Positions 11,844 through 22,342 of a stretch of DNA of 64,000 nt are shown here, one piece after another. Both the position numbers and the translations under genes were made by a program. The stretch is from an uncultured bacterium (GTDB taxonomy: Bacteria > Patescibacteriota > Minisyncoccia > Phycocordibacterales > CAIRYW01), in contig CAIRYW010000004.1 of NCBI GenBank assembly GCA_903882905.1, forward strand, positions 49,117-113,116, given 5' to 3'. The first letter of the stretch is position 1. Every line of letters starts with the position of its first letter. Below the pieces are notes generated by a model, which was not told the origin of the DNA, ran no database searches, and was given only the letters and a program-made list of their open reading frames with translations.

Positions 11844-12071
11844 TTAGTATCCGAGCTTACTATCTAGGTCTCTTAGAATAAAATCCATATCCTTGTAGGC
11901 GTCATCAAGATAATTTCTTATTCCTCGCAAATATTCTCTTGCTTCTGCTTCGTCATTGGGGAATCTATCGTAATAATAATCTAAAACTTGTTCCCGAATT
12001 ATATAGGAATCTTTTTGAATTCTATCTAAAATATTTTTTTGCTCATCATATGCTTTATCTTTATCAAACAT
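11844..12071 (-). CDS. hypothetical protein
   Basis: 75-aa acidic ORF. No motif. Confidence 0.35.
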   Translation of the reverse strand: MFDKDKAYDEQKNILDRIQKDSYIIREQVLDYYYDRFPNDEAEAREYLRGIRNYLDDAYKDMDFILRDLDSKLGY

Positions 12072-12095
12072 ATTATTTTTTTATTAAATTGATAA

Positions 12096-13208
12096 TTATT
12101 TTAATGCAACAGGTAAATTTTCCCACATTTTTGGATCCTCCAAGCCATCAACTTTAAACAAAGCGACTCCACCTAGGCCAAGATTTTTTGCTAAAGTAAA
12201 TCTTGCTTGAATTGTACTTGCATCCTCAAAAACAACATAGTGATTTTTTCCTTTTGCTGTATAGGTAAAATATTTTTCTCCACCTATTGTATCTTTTATA
12301 GTTGCGTTATAAAGTTTAGAAACAGTTAGAGCTCTAATGTAGGATTTGGCTCCAAATCTTTCTACATTTCGCACTCCTTTTTTTGTTGTGTAGGTAAAGT
12401 CATATCCATATGAAGGGATTCCTAAAATAATTTTTTTAGGATCAATTCTAGTTACAGCGTAAGCAGAAATATTTTTTACGTAATCAAGTGATGCATTTGA
12501 TACGGAATTGTATAGAGGTGTAGTTGTTGAAAATTTATTACTTTGATAGACAGCAGAATATTCATCGTAGGCCATGATGCGAACTTGATCACAGTAATTA
12601 TTCATCACGCTCCAGTCATTAGCCCAAGGAAATTTTTTATTTAATGGGACACTTAGGAGCGCTACATCATACATTCTTGCTTCCACGGTACAAACTAGAA
12701 TTTTGTTTTTTGAACGTAATTTATTTGAAAGCTCAGTAATAAAAGTTGAAAAAATATCTTTGTCGGTATCATGTTTTCCTTCGTAATCAATTTCAACTCC
12801 ATCAAAATTATTTGCTGTGACCATCGAAACAACTTCATCCTCATGGGCTGTTCTTAGGGTTGAATCAGAAAAAACATTATGCATTTGATTTTTTGCAGTC
12901 CAAAGAATAGAAGGAACTATCTTTATGTTTTGGCTTCTCGCACTACTAAAAACAGTATTCCAGTCCCCTTTTGAAATTTTTAGCTTATCTACTAAGTGCG
13001 CATTGCTATCTACTTCATAAGCAAAAGGCGTAATTATGCTAAATTTGCTTAAATTTGCCTGTAAAGTAGGTATTCCAAGGTCTTGAGACCAATATGGAAT
13101 CCAGGAAGCTACACTAAAGGTGTTTAAAGTAGAGGCAAAGGCAAAAATTGGAAATAAAAACCCAATTAAAGTGATTTGCAGGATGTTCAAGGAAGTTTTC
13201 ATGTTCAC
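12096..13208 (-). CDS. secreted glycoside hydrolase family 18-like protein
   Basis: 370 aa. Signal peptide. FDGVEIDYEG matches the GH18 DxxDxDxE catalytic region, with the second Asp replaced by Glu and the Trp by Tyr. Confidence 0.55.
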   Translation of the reverse strand: MNMKTSLNILQITLIGFLFPIFAFASTLNTFSVASWIPYWSQDLGIPTLQANLSKFSIITPFAYEVDSNAHLVDKLKISKGDWNTVFSSARSQNIKIVPSILWTAKNQMHNVFSDSTLRTAHEDEVVSMVTANNFDGVEIDYEGKHDTDKDIFSTFITELSNKLRSKNKILVCTVEARMYDVALLSVPLNKKFPWANDWSVMNNYCDQVRIMAYDEYSAVYQSNKFSTTTPLYNSVSNASLDYVKNISAYAVTRIDPKKIILGIPSYGYDFTYTTKKGVRNVERFGAKSYIRALTVSKLYNATIKDTIGGEKYFTYTAKGKNHYVVFEDASTIQARFTLAKNLGLGGVALFKVDGLEDPKMWENLPVALK

Positions 13209-13235
13209 ATTATAACATGCTGATATTTTTAGGTT

Positions 13236-14087
13236 CTATTCAGTTAGATCTAGGTAATCATCAATCATAGCTGAGACTGTTGCTTGAGCTCCAGCTCCGG
13301 GTCCATAAGCCTTCTTTTCACCATTTATGTACATTACGTTATTAACTCCTGTCGGCAACCAATTGCTATTATTATCCTCAGTAAAGCCAGTTTGAATTTT
13401 ATCTTTTGTAATTTTAACTACACACCTTTTACCTTCCTTGAAGCCAACTTTTTCAATATCATTTTCTGTTATAGTTCTATCAAAAATATCTGTGTGATTT
13501 GAAATAATTATTGTTTTGTAAATTGCGTCTTTTATCTCAATATTAATAATTTCATCAAAAGTGTTTGCTCCAGGTTCTGAAAATTTATTCTCAAAAATTT
13601 CTTTCACAATTTGCTCTTTTGCTTTTCCAGACTTTAATTCATCTCCAATATAGTTAAGTGTGCCGTTTACTACAGCATTAATTTCTGAAATATTTTCTGA
13701 TTTGTATTTAGAAATTTCTTTTAACATCATTGTTCCTCCACCAACTGATGCAGTATATTTAAAAATATTTTTGTATTCCTTTAATTTGTCCCAATGATTT
13801 GCAATAGAGGCTTTCTCACAAGTAATGACTGGTTTTCCTTTTTCTAAAAAGGCTAACTCATACTCAAGTGCGATATTACCTTTTCCTTTTGTCGGAATAC
13901 ATATAAAAGCTAAATCAATCTCATCAATAAAATCTCTCCAATCTTTTTGCTCCGCAATTTTATTTTGTGAAATATCAAATACACCATCTGATCGAACAAT
14001 ACATTTAATGTTGGCGTTTTCTTGACCAAGTCTTTTTATTAGTGTTGAACCAATATTTCCAGCTCCGAATATAATTACATTATTCAT
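13236..14087 (-). CDS. hom: homoserine dehydrogenase (short form without ACT domain)
   Basis: 283 aa. Rossmann GAGNIGS. ITCEKAS (VTANKA-like). VGGGTMML. INAVVNGTLNYIGDEL (GIxNGTxNYIL motif). C-terminal GPGAGAQATVSAMIDD. Confidence 0.65.
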   Translation of the reverse strand: MNNVIIFGAGNIGSTLIKRLGQENANIKCIVRSDGVFDISQNKIAEQKDWRDFIDEIDLAFICIPTKGKGNIALEYELAFLEKGKPVITCEKASIANHWDKLKEYKNIFKYTASVGGGTMMLKEISKYKSENISEINAVVNGTLNYIGDELKSGKAKEQIVKEIFENKFSEPGANTFDEIINIEIKDAIYKTIIISNHTDIFDRTITENDIEKVGFKEGKRCVVKITKDKIQTGFTEDNNSNWLPTGVNNVMYINGEKKAYGPGAGAQATVSAMIDDYLDLTE

Positions 14088-14150
14088 TTTGTAATTCTAA
14101 CAAAAAACACCACGAGAGTAACCTCTCGTGGTGTTTTTGGATTATTTTAA

Positions 14151-16145
14151 TTAAATTATAAACGGAATGATTAGGAGAGCTACAATGTTTAGAATTTTAA
14201 TCATTGGGTTGATTGCAGGTCCTGCTGTGTCCTTATAAGGATCTCCAACTGTATCTCCAGTAACTGCTGCTTTGTGAGCATCACTTCCTTTTCCGCCATG
14301 GTGTCCTTCTTCAATAAGTTTCTTTGCGTTATCCCATGCTCCACCACCCGATGTCATTGAGATTGCAACGAACAATCCTGTAACAATACTTCCAACAAGA
14401 AGTCCTCCAAGTGCAACTGGTCCGAATACAAATCCAACAAAAATCGGAGCGATAACAGGAATAAGTGCAGGAATTATCATTTCTTTAATTGCAGCTGAAG
14501 TAACAATATCTACTGCGCGTGCGTAATCTGGTTTTGCGCTTCCGTCCATAATACCTTTGATTTCTCTAAATTGTCTTCGAACTTCGTCAACAACTTTTCC
14601 TGCGGCTTTTCCTACAGCTTCCATTGAAAGTGCTGCAAAATAATATGGAAGTAATCCTCCTAGGAATAATCCGATAATTACTTTTGGATCACCGAGTGAA
14701 AATTGAACTAGATGTAATCCCTTTTGTGCTTCTGTTGTGTAAGATGCAAAAAGCACAAGTGCTGCAAGTCCGGCTGAACAAATCGCATATCCTTTTGTAA
14801 CTGCTTTTGTTGTGTTTCCAACAGCATCAAGAGGATCTGTAATATCACGAACTTCTTTTGGAAGCTCTGCCATTTCCGCAATTCCTCCAGCGTTATCTGT
14901 AATTGGTCCATATGCATCGATAGCAACAATAATTCCTGCCATTGAAAGCATACTCATTGCTGCGATTGCGATTCCGTAAAGGTTAGCGAATGAATAACTT
15001 GTAAGAATTCCCAAAACAATCACAAGTAAAGGAAGTGCTGTAGATTTCATTGAGATCGCCAAGCCTTGAATAATATTTGTTCCGTGTCCAGAAAGTGAAG
15101 CGTTAGCAATTGATTTTACTGGAGCATATTTCGTTGATGTGTAATATTCAGTAATGATAACAATCAATGCTGTAACAACTAGTCCAACAATAAGTGAACC
15201 AAATAATTGTCCAAAAGAATAAATTCCATTATCACTCATTAATATTTTTGTAACAGGATAAAATGCAATTGCAGATAGAACTCCTGCTGCAATTAATCCT
15301 TTGTACAATGCACCCATGATATCTTTACTTTTTCCAAGTTTTACAAACCAAGTTCCCACAATTGAACAAATAACAGCAACTCCACCAAGAACTAATGGGT
15401 ATAGAAGTGCATTTTGTGAACCGTGGAAAATTGAAGCGCCTAAAATCATAACTGCAATTGTTGTAACAGCATAAGTTTCAAAAAGGTCAGCAGCCATTCC
15501 TGCGCAATCTCCAACGTTATCTCCAACGTTATCAGCAATTACTCCAGGATTTCTTGGGTCGTCTTCTGGGATTCCTGCCTCAACTTTTCCTACAAGATCA
15601 GTTCCAACATCAGCAGCTTTTGTAAAAATTCCACCGCCCAATCGAGCAAACACTGAAATCAAACTGGCACCAAATGCAAGACCGATAAGTGCGTTTACAT
15701 CCTGAAAAACTGCATAAAATCCTGAAACACCAAGAAGTGCCAATCCTACAACTAGAAGTCCTGTAACTGAACCTCCATCAAAAGCAATTTTAAGTGCTTG
15801 AGCTAAACCTTCTCTTGCCGCTTCAGCTGTTCTCACATTTGCTCTAACTGAAACGTTCATTCCAATGTATCCTGCAAGAGCAGAAAATAGAGCTCCGATG
15901 GCAAAACCAAGAGCTGTAACGAATCCTAAGGAAACCCATAGGATGACAAACAAAACAACAGCAATAACTCCAATTGTCTTGTACTGTCTGTTTAAATAAG
16001 CCTTAGCACCCTGTTGAATTGCCAATGCAATTTCTTGCATACGAGCATTTCCAGCTGGTTTTTTTAAAATAAGCTTGCTTATAAAAAGTCCATATGCGAT
16101 TGCTAATACAGCGGCGACAATGGAAAAAGTGATATATGCGTTCAT
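14151..16145 (-). CDS. hppA: membrane-bound proton-translocating inorganic pyrophosphatase
   Basis: 664 aa, polytopic. Signature [25 protein letters not shown] and the Dxxx[15 protein letters not shown] motifs. Confidence 0.95.
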   Translation of the reverse strand: MNAYITFSIVAAVLAIAYGLFISKLILKKPAGNARMQEIALAIQQGAKAYLNRQYKTIGVIAVVLFVILWVSLGFVTALGFAIGALFSALAGYIGMNVSVRANVRTAEAAREGLAQALKIAFDGGSVTGLLVVGLALLGVSGFYAVFQDVNALIGLAFGASLISVFARLGGGIFTKAADVGTDLVGKVEAGIPEDDPRNPGVIADNVGDNVGDCAGMAADLFETYAVTTIAVMILGASIFHGSQNALLYPLVLGGVAVICSIVGTWFVKLGKSKDIMGALYKGLIAAGVLSAIAFYPVTKILMSDNGIYSFGQLFGSLIVGLVVTALIVIITEYYTSTKYAPVKSIANASLSGHGTNIIQGLAISMKSTALPLLVIVLGILTSYSFANLYGIAIAAMSMLSMAGIIVAIDAYGPITDNAGGIAEMAELPKEVRDITDPLDAVGNTTKAVTKGYAICSAGLAALVLFASYTTEAQKGLHLVQFSLGDPKVIIGLFLGGLLPYYFAALSMEAVGKAAGKVVDEVRRQFREIKGIMDGSAKPDYARAVDIVTSAAIKEMIIPALIPVIAPIFVGFVFGPVALGGLLVGSIVTGLFVAISMTSGGGAWDNAKKLIEEGHHGGKGSDAHKAAVTGDTVGDPYKDTAGPAINPMIKILNIVALLIIPFII

Positions 16146-16327
16146 AAATCTTATTAATTATTATTAATTTTACTAGCTATAATAGGCAAAAGATTAGCAT
16201 AATTGGGCTCAAAAAACAAAGCTTTTTTGCTAAAGAAGTATCCTAAGTATCCAAATTGCGGATCCAATAATTACTATTATCAAACCTGCGACTTTAAGAT
16301 TATATGTACTATTGTTGTTATCCATAA

Positions 16328-16501
16328 TTATTTATTAATTAACGACTTATCATCTATTAAAACTCCAGACATAATTGCTGTTGCGCCTTCCTTAATTTCT
16401 TTTACTATTGGGGCACCTAAAAGAATTTTGATACACCAACCGAAACTAAGTATAATTACAATAATTGCAATTAACACTATCAATTTGTCATCTCTTGACA
16501 T
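16328..16501 (-). CDS. possible small membrane protein (57 aa)
   Basis: Own translation of the minus strand gives MSRDDKLIVLIAIIVIILSFGWCIKILLGAPIVKEIKEGATAIMSGVLIDDKSLINK. It is below the 60-aa ORF-track cutoff and antisense to a junk-like 103-aa plus-strand ORF. Confidence 0.25.
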   Translation of the reverse strand: MSRDDKLIVLIAIIVIILSFGWCIKILLGAPIVKEIKEGATAIMSGVLIDDKSLINK

Positions 16502-16529
16502 TATAGCATTTTAACACATCTTTCATATT

Positions 16530-16928
16530 TCAATCTAGTCTTATTTTTTTTAATTCACTACGTCTTTGTACAAAATCTGGAATAGTTTTTGATACTAAGT
16601 TCCAAAATTTTTGTGAATGATTAAATTCCTCTAAATGACACAGTTCATGGACTATTAGATAGTCAGCCAAATGTTCTGGTAGTAAAACAATTCTGTAATT
16701 GATATTTAAATTTCCTTTACTGGAACAACTTCCCCACCTAGTAGTTTGAGATTTTATTTTTACAGTTCCATATTTAAAATTATAAAATTGGTTCCAATAT
16801 TCGAGACGCGAAAGCGTAAACGCTTTCGCGTCTTCTTTATGCAAGCTCAATGCAATTTTATTTTTGGTATTTTTTACACGAGTTCTTCTTCGTACTTTTT
16901 TACGTACAATTCTAAACCAAAGTGACAT
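16530..16928 (-). CDS. DUF45/YgjP-like zinc metallohydrolase (M48-related)
   Basis: 132 aa. HEXXH-type motif YLIVHELCHLEEFNHSQKFW is characteristic of the YgjP/DUF45 family. Confidence 0.6.
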   Translation of the reverse strand: MSLWFRIVRKKVRRRTRVKNTKNKIALSLHKEDAKAFTLSRLEYWNQFYNFKYGTVKIKSQTTRWGSCSSKGNLNINYRIVLLPEHLADYLIVHELCHLEEFNHSQKFWNLVSKTIPDFVQRRSELKKIRLD

Positions 16929-17503
16929 TAATTTTTTTCAATTAATTTTTGTCTACCAAGTCTGATCGACATTGTAATAAAAACATTTGCAACAAATGTA
17001 TACACAGGAAAAGCTAGTAACACCCAATTAAATTTATTTACAGCAAAAATGGCAAAAAAACCTCCAAGCATTGTGAGTTCCCATGAAATTACAGGTTCAG
17101 TCGTTGGATACTTGTATGACTTTACAATTGTTAAATAAGCGCCAGCTGCATCGATCAATATTGCTAATAGTAATGTAAGAGTAGCTTCTCTTGTTATAAA
17201 CCATAAAATTAAACTACCTCCAGCAATACCAAGTGCCCATTTATCCCTTTTTGAAAAACCTCCCATTCCATATTTTATTGAAAGTATAAATATTAAAAGG
17301 TCACCGATTGCTTGAACCCCAGGTAACCAAAGAGAATATGACGCACCCTTTGAAAGTTGGGTAAAGAAAGCTATCCCGCCAAGAATAGACCAAAGTAACC
17401 AAGAAGCTCTTTCTGGTCTTGTTTGACCTTTAAATATATAAATAAGATAGGGTAAAAAAGAAAGTGTAATACAAATCCCAGAAAGATAGCCCAAATATTG
17501 CAT
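16928..17503 (-). CDS. integral membrane protein, hypothetical
   Basis: 191 aa with about 6 TM segments. Start codon overlaps the stop of the next gene. Confidence 0.45.
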   Translation of the reverse strand: MQYLGYLSGICITLSFLPYLIYIFKGQTRPERASWLLWSILGGIAFFTQLSKGASYSLWLPGVQAIGDLLIFILSIKYGMGGFSKRDKWALGIAGGSLILWFITREATLTLLLAILIDAAGAYLTIVKSYKYPTTEPVISWELTMLGGFFAIFAVNKFNWVLLAFPVYTFVANVFITMSIRLGRQKLIEKN

Positions 17504-17505
17504 AG

Positions 17506-18417
17506 TTAATCAAACGTTACAGCTAAGTAATCATTAATCGTACTTTGATCAAGTTCGTAAAAATATTTACCTTCGTTATGCAGTCTAGTTGCTAGATCTA
17601 CTCCAACAAATCTCCAATGCCAAGGCTCAAACTCATAATATTTATTATCAGCTGGATATGAAAGTACAAATCCATATTTGTATGCATTATTTTGAAGCCA
17701 TGTGTACTCAGGTGTTTTATCAAAACTATTAAATGTGTCTCCAACACTTGGTGTTGTAAAATCTAGTGCTGTTCCTAATTGATGTTCAGAATACCCTTGG
17801 TCTGCTGAAAAAGAATTTGCAGTTCCAGCTCCGTAAGTAACCTTGTAGCTTGATTTAAGCAGGGCTTGAGTACCAAACGACCTATATGCAGAAATTACTT
17901 TTAAATTGAGTTCCGCAGATTTTTCTGCTACCAACAGTCTAGTTAAAAATGATGAAATCTGAGTATTAATTTGGAGAGCACTATTTTTGTTAAAAAGGTA
18001 ATTAGGATCAAGATTTGTTAAATTTGCCGGCTTATAATTCTCATTCAAAAAATAAACTTTTGAATATTTCTGCAAAAGTTGCGGATCAGTTTTACTAAGT
18101 TTATATAGCGTAGTTGCCGCGGCTGAAATTTGACCAGCTTGTGCAGAGTAAACATTATTATTGCTCTGAATGCTTTGAACTGTGTTCCCAAGGTTTGAGC
18201 TCTGACTTTGAATTTCAGCTAATGTGCTATTAAGTGCGTCAATTTTCATTTGTATCTCAGACGTGTTTGCGGTCAACTGACCTTCTATTTGAGTCGAAAG
18301 TTGACGATTCCTATATTCACCAAAACCAACAATTCCAGCAAGTACAATTAATACTCCAAGTGTTTTTAGCACATTCTTCCAGTTGACGATTTTTAGGATT
18401 GTCATTTTCATTCTCAT
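17506..18417 (-). CDS. membrane-anchored M15-family D-alanyl-D-alanine carboxypeptidase (VanY-like)
   Basis: 303 aa. N-terminal TM plus coiled coil. C-terminal SAYRSFGTQ ... YSEHQLGTALDFT matches the VanY/M15B zinc-binding motifs. Confidence 0.65.
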   Translation of the reverse strand: MRMKMTILKIVNWKNVLKTLGVLIVLAGIVGFGEYRNRQLSTQIEGQLTANTSEIQMKIDALNSTLAEIQSQSSNLGNTVQSIQSNNNVYSAQAGQISAAATTLYKLSKTDPQLLQKYSKVYFLNENYKPANLTNLDPNYLFNKNSALQINTQISSFLTRLLVAEKSAELNLKVISAYRSFGTQALLKSSYKVTYGAGTANSFSADQGYSEHQLGTALDFTTPSVGDTFNSFDKTPEYTWLQNNAYKYGFVLSYPADNKYYEFEPWHWRFVGVDLATRLHNEGKYFYELDQSTINDYLAVTFD

Positions 18418-18454
18418 TCAAATTCTATCACAGTTAATTTGATACAATGACTAA

Positions 18455-19279
18455 GTGAAAACAATCATCCATCTTTCAGATTTACATTTCGGAAAAGTAG
18501 ATACAAAAAGAGTTAATCCATTAATTAAAAAAATCCTAGAAATAAAACCTGACTTGATTATAGTTTCTGGAGATTTAACGCAACGTGCAACAGAAATTGA
18601 ATACAAAGCTGCAAAAAAATTTTTGGGCAAATTAAAATACCCTATATTTGTAATTCCTGGAAATCACGACATACCACTTTTAAATGTTTACCAAAGATTT
18701 ACTTCCCCTTTTAAAAAATATATTAAATTTATTTCTCCAGATTTAGCTCCATTTTATTGTGATGACAAAATTGCAGTTGTTGGAATAAATTCTGTTAGAA
18801 GATATACACTTACTTCAGGAAGAATTAGTAACAGACAAATTTCTACTACTGAAAAAATCTTTGACTCTCTTGATCCAAAATTAATTAAAATAGTTGTATG
18901 CCATCACCCTTTTGATTTACCTCACAGTACAGAAACGATTAAAAAACATACTCATAAAGTTGTGGCGCACTCAAAATCAGCAATGAAGCATTTTTCAAAG
19001 AAAAAAGTAGATATTTTTTTATCTGGACACCTCCACCATACCCACATTGGAGATACTACCAAACGTTACAAAATAAAAGGATATGGTGGCTTAATCGTTC
19101 AAGCAGGAACAGCAATTTCCAAAAGAACAAGAAGCGAACCTGTTTCTTTTAATGTACTAAAAATAAAAGGATCAAATATAGATATCGAAAATTATGCAGG
19201 AGATAAATTAAGCCCAGAATTTATTTTGTCTTCTACAAAAAACTTTAGAAATAGTGAAAGTGGCTGGAGAGCTATCTAG
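18455..19279 (+). CDS. calcineurin-like metallophosphoesterase
   Basis: 274 aa. IIHLSDLHFG ... IIVSGDLTQ ... IPGNHD ... GHLHH motifs. Confidence 0.75.
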   Translation: MKTIIHLSDLHFGKVDTKRVNPLIKKILEIKPDLIIVSGDLTQRATEIEYKAAKKFLGKLKYPIFVIPGNHDIPLLNVYQRFTSPFKKYIKFISPDLAPFYCDDKIAVVGINSVRRYTLTSGRISNRQISTTEKIFDSLDPKLIKIVVCHHPFDLPHSTETIKKHTHKVVAHSKSAMKHFSKKKVDIFLSGHLHHTHIGDTTKRYKIKGYGGLIVQAGTAISKRTRSEPVSFNVLKIKGSNIDIENYAGDKLSPEFILSSTKNFRNSESGWRAI

Positions 19280-19382
19280 ACCACCAACCACTTCTATAAT
19301 ATGTAATTCATTTCGTCATCAAACGGCTTATTTACTGTTAATCAGGTCTAAATTTAATAATAAATAATTTGATACAAGATTT

Positions 19383-20489
19383 ATGGCAAAAAATATATGG
19401 GCAGGAGTAGGAGTGATTGTTTTAGTTTTAGTAATTATTGGAGCAGTGATTTATTCAAATCAAAATCCTCCATTAGTAAGCCTTACTACACCAGTAGACA
19501 CTTCTACTCAAACGAGTTCAAGTCAGACGGTTACAAAAACAGTTACTAGTCCACAGCCTTCTTCACCAAATGTTGTGACATCTTCTTCGGCAATTCCAAC
19601 AGATACAACTGTTGTTGTTTCAGGAACAGTTACTCCAAATGGCGTGCCAACAAACTATTGGTTTGAGTACGGTACAAGTTCAAATTTGGGATTAAAAACT
19701 ATAACTCAGTTGATCGGTTCAGGCTATTTAGCAATTCCTTCACCTGGATATATTACTGGGCTTACAAAAGATACAACTTACTATTTTCATCTTGTAGCAC
19801 AAAATGAATTTGGAAAAGTAATCGGCTCACAATTTTCATTTCAAACAACGCATGGCGTTTCTATTCCAACTGGAAGTACTCCTACTGTGAGAACTAGCAC
19901 TGTAAGTGATATTTCAAGATATGGAGCAACACTAAATGGAAATGTAACTCCAAACAGAGCAGCAACTTCATATTGGTTTGAGTACGGCACATCTAAAAAC
20001 TTTGGGTTTATAACTTCACTACAAGATGTTGGAAACGGTACAGCAAATGTTACAGCTTCAACCCAGGTGTCAAATCTAAATCCTTTGACAACTTATTATT
20101 ACAGATTAAATGCTCAAAATCAGTTTGGAACAATAGTTGGATCAACCTTCTATTTCAAAACAATTGGCCCTGCCGCTCCAACTTCTCCTTCAGCTACAAC
20201 AGTGAGTGCTACAAACATTAAAGGTGTAACCTCAACCCTTCGAGCAACAGTCAATCCAAACGGAGCGCAGACACAATATTGGTTTGAGTTTAGTACAGAT
20301 TCACAACTTGCTACCTCACTTCAAACATCTGCTCAAACATCAGCTGGTGCTGGAATTGCAAATGTTTCAGTTTCTGCAGATGCAACTAGTCTGAGTACAA
20401 GTACAACATATTACTTTAGAGTAGTAACTCAAAATGATCTTGGTACTGTGAGAGGAAGTATTCTTTCATTTAAAACAAAAAATAATTAA
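19383..20489 (+). CDS. membrane-anchored surface protein with three tandem fibronectin-III-like repeats
   Basis: 368 aa. N-terminal TM, Ser/Thr-rich stalk, then three repeats of about 95 aa, each with YWFEYGTSxN(L/F)G ... TTYYF(H/R)xxAQNxxG(K/T)(V/I)xGSxxSFxT. Confidence 0.6.
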   Translation: MAKNIWAGVGVIVLVLVIIGAVIYSNQNPPLVSLTTPVDTSTQTSSSQTVTKTVTSPQPSSPNVVTSSSAIPTDTTVVVSGTVTPNGVPTNYWFEYGTSSNLGLKTITQLIGSGYLAIPSPGYITGLTKDTTYYFHLVAQNEFGKVIGSQFSFQTTHGVSIPTGSTPTVRTSTVSDISRYGATLNGNVTPNRAATSYWFEYGTSKNFGFITSLQDVGNGTANVTASTQVSNLNPLTTYYYRLNAQNQFGTIVGSTFYFKTIGPAAPTSPSATTVSATNIKGVTSTLRATVNPNGAQTQYWFEFSTDSQLATSLQTSAQTSAGAGIANVSVSADATSLSTSTTYYFRVVTQNDLGTVRGSILSFKTKNN

Positions 20490-20513
20490 CTATTATTAAC
20501 ACCGAACAAAAAA

Positions 20514-20540
20514 GCCGCTCCCTCCGGGAGCGGCTTTTTT
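20514..20540. terminator. bidirectional Rho-independent terminator
   Basis: aaaaaGCCGCTCCCtccGGGAGCGGCtttttt: 9-bp GC stem with 3-nt loop, A-run upstream and T-run downstream. Lies between convergent genes 19383..20489(+) and 20656..20970(-). Confidence 0.8.
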
Positions 20541-20655
20541 AATTACTTATTCTTCTTTGGCTTCTTCTTTTCTTTTTTGTGAGATTCTCCTTTGGCCATA
20601 AATTTAGAATTATTCTTTTAACAATAAAATTGTATCACGAATTTTTAACAAATTC

Positions 20656-20970
20656 TTATTTTACCTCTCTCAAGATATCATTAACCCAAACAACTCTTTC
20701 TTGGTCCGCATTTTGGCTTGCAAAATTTATTAGCTCCTCTAAGCCAGCGGTTCTTCTCAAACTATCTAAATTATTTACCCTTAAGGCCTCTGACTCAAAA
20801 GTTGTCTCGCCGCTTATAATTCCTTCAATATTTGCGGTTCTATTTTCTTTAGATTTTTTGAACCAATTAAAAGTCCAATTAGTTGGATCTCTTCTGGCCT
20901 TTTCAACATCCTCATTTACTAAACTATTTCCATCATCAAGTTTGCCACTAAATTGCAATGATTTATTCAT
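20656..20970 (-). CDS. hypothetical protein
   Basis: 104 aa with a protein-like charged composition. The overlapping plus-strand ORF 20579..20995 is L/S/F-rich antisense junk. Confidence 0.4.
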   Translation of the reverse strand: MNKSLQFSGKLDDGNSLVNEDVEKARRDPTNWTFNWFKKSKENRTANIEGIISGETTFESEALRVNNLDSLRRTAGLEELINFASQNADQERVVWVNDILREVK

Positions 20971-21241
20971 GTTTTATTATAATTATTTAATATAAAGTAT
21001 TATAACAAACCCAAATAAATATAAAAACTGTTAGCGCTTCACAAACTTTCTTCTTATTTCAATATTATTTTTACTAGTCACTAACAACTAATCACTATTT
21101 ACTATTTTCCTCTTCTTGATTGAGACACATCAGCAATAGAGAAATTTCTACTTTTTCTTAAGGAGTTTTGCTTCTTAAGATTTTTTCCTGCGTTTTTAAG
21201 ATCAAATGATTTTTGTGATTTTTTGGACATGTGTGAGAAAT

Positions 21242-22342
21242 TTATCTTTTTAAAATATCAGCTAAAGCATCAAAACGATAAATTTTATTTCTTTTCTTAT
21301 CAGGAGTAATATCGCTTATGATTCCAGATTTTAAAAATTTATTAATTAAATCAAATAACGTCTTTGAATTCTTTATGTGGGTCATTTTTCTAATTTTAGG
21401 GGAAGTAAAGAAAGGATTAATAAAAAGTGCCTCCAAAAAATCATGACTGTATATAGAATTAAAAACAATAGCTCGCTCATTTATTGAATGATATAAATCC
21501 AAAATCTTTTTTGCTGTTTCTTGTGCTTTTATTGCTTGAATATCTAAACCATTAAGAAAAAATAAAATCCAACTTTCCCAGTCGCTATTCTCACTAACTC
21601 CTCGAAGTAAATCATAGTAATCTTGCCTATGTTCTTCAAAAAATTCACTTAAATAGATAAACGGAAAAGTAAGAAGTTTTTTCTCGTATAACATAAGGGA
21701 AATAATTAGCCTTCCTATTCTTCCGTTTCCGTCCATAAATGGGTGGATAGCTTCAAATTGGTAGTGAGCAACTGCAATTTGTACAAGCTTATCTTTTTCA
21801 TCCTCAGAATTAATATATGTCTCAAAATTACTAAATAGTTCAGGTACGTACATTGGCAGAGGTGGAATATATGTGGCATTTTCTATTCCTAATCCCTGTT
21901 TTCCTATGTATACTTGTCCGCGTCTAAAATTTCCTGGATCCTTCTTGTGGCCCCTAACAGAAGAAAGTAAAATAGAGTGAAGGTTCTTTATAAAATTTTC
22001 AGTGATAGGTTTTTCTTTAAGAAAATTAATACCGTTCTCAAGTGCGTGTCTGTAATTCATAATTTCCATAAAATCTTTCTCCTTGCTTGTTTCTTCTTTC
22101 AGGATATCCTGTGCTTCATGTTCTAAAACTTCGCTAAGGGTTGCTTGTGTACCTTCGATTTGAGAGCTTAAAACAGCTTCTTTTGTGGCTAGTGTCCTAG
22201 ACAAGAGCAATGGGTTTTTAAGTTGATATAACAAGGCATCAAGACGTGCCAATGAAGCGTGGGCTTTTGTCATTGCTTTAATAAGCTTTTCGTAATCTAT
22301 TTTTGGAGGAAGCTTTGGTAGATCGAATGGTTGTTTTATCAT
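21242..22342 (-). CDS. Fic/DOC family protein (class II, with N-terminal inhibitory helix)
   Basis: 366 aa. Canonical Fic motif HPFMDGNGRIGR. N-terminal SSQIEG fits the (S/T)xxxE(G/N) alpha-inh motif of class II Fic proteins. Confidence 0.85.
   Translation of the reverse strand: MIKQPFDLPKLPPKIDYEKLIKAMTKAHASLARLDALLYQLKNPLLLSRTLATKEAVLSSQIEGTQATLSEVLEHEAQDILKEETSKEKDFMEIMNYRHALENGINFLKEKPITENFIKNLHSILLSSVRGHKKDPGNFRRGQVYIGKQGLGIENATYIPPLPMYVPELFSNFETYINSEDEKDKLVQIAVAHYQFEAIHPFMDGNGRIGRLIISLMLYEKKLLTFPFIYLSEFFEEHRQDYYDLLRGVSENSDWESWILFFLNGLDIQAIKAQETAKKILDLYHSINERAIVFNSIYSHDFLEALFINPFFTSPKIRKMTHIKNSKTLFDLINKFLKSGIISDITPDKKRNKIYRFDALADILKR

Noticed and set aside
16203-16514. 103-aa plus-strand ORF
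   Set aside because: Hydrophobic, low-complexity, no start context. The opposite strand carries a more plausible 57-aa membrane-protein ORF, called at low confidence instead.
20579-20995. 138-aa plus-strand ORF
   Set aside because: L/S/F-rich, low-complexity antisense-type composition. It overlaps a more protein-like minus-strand ORF (20656..20970). Judged a shadow ORF.
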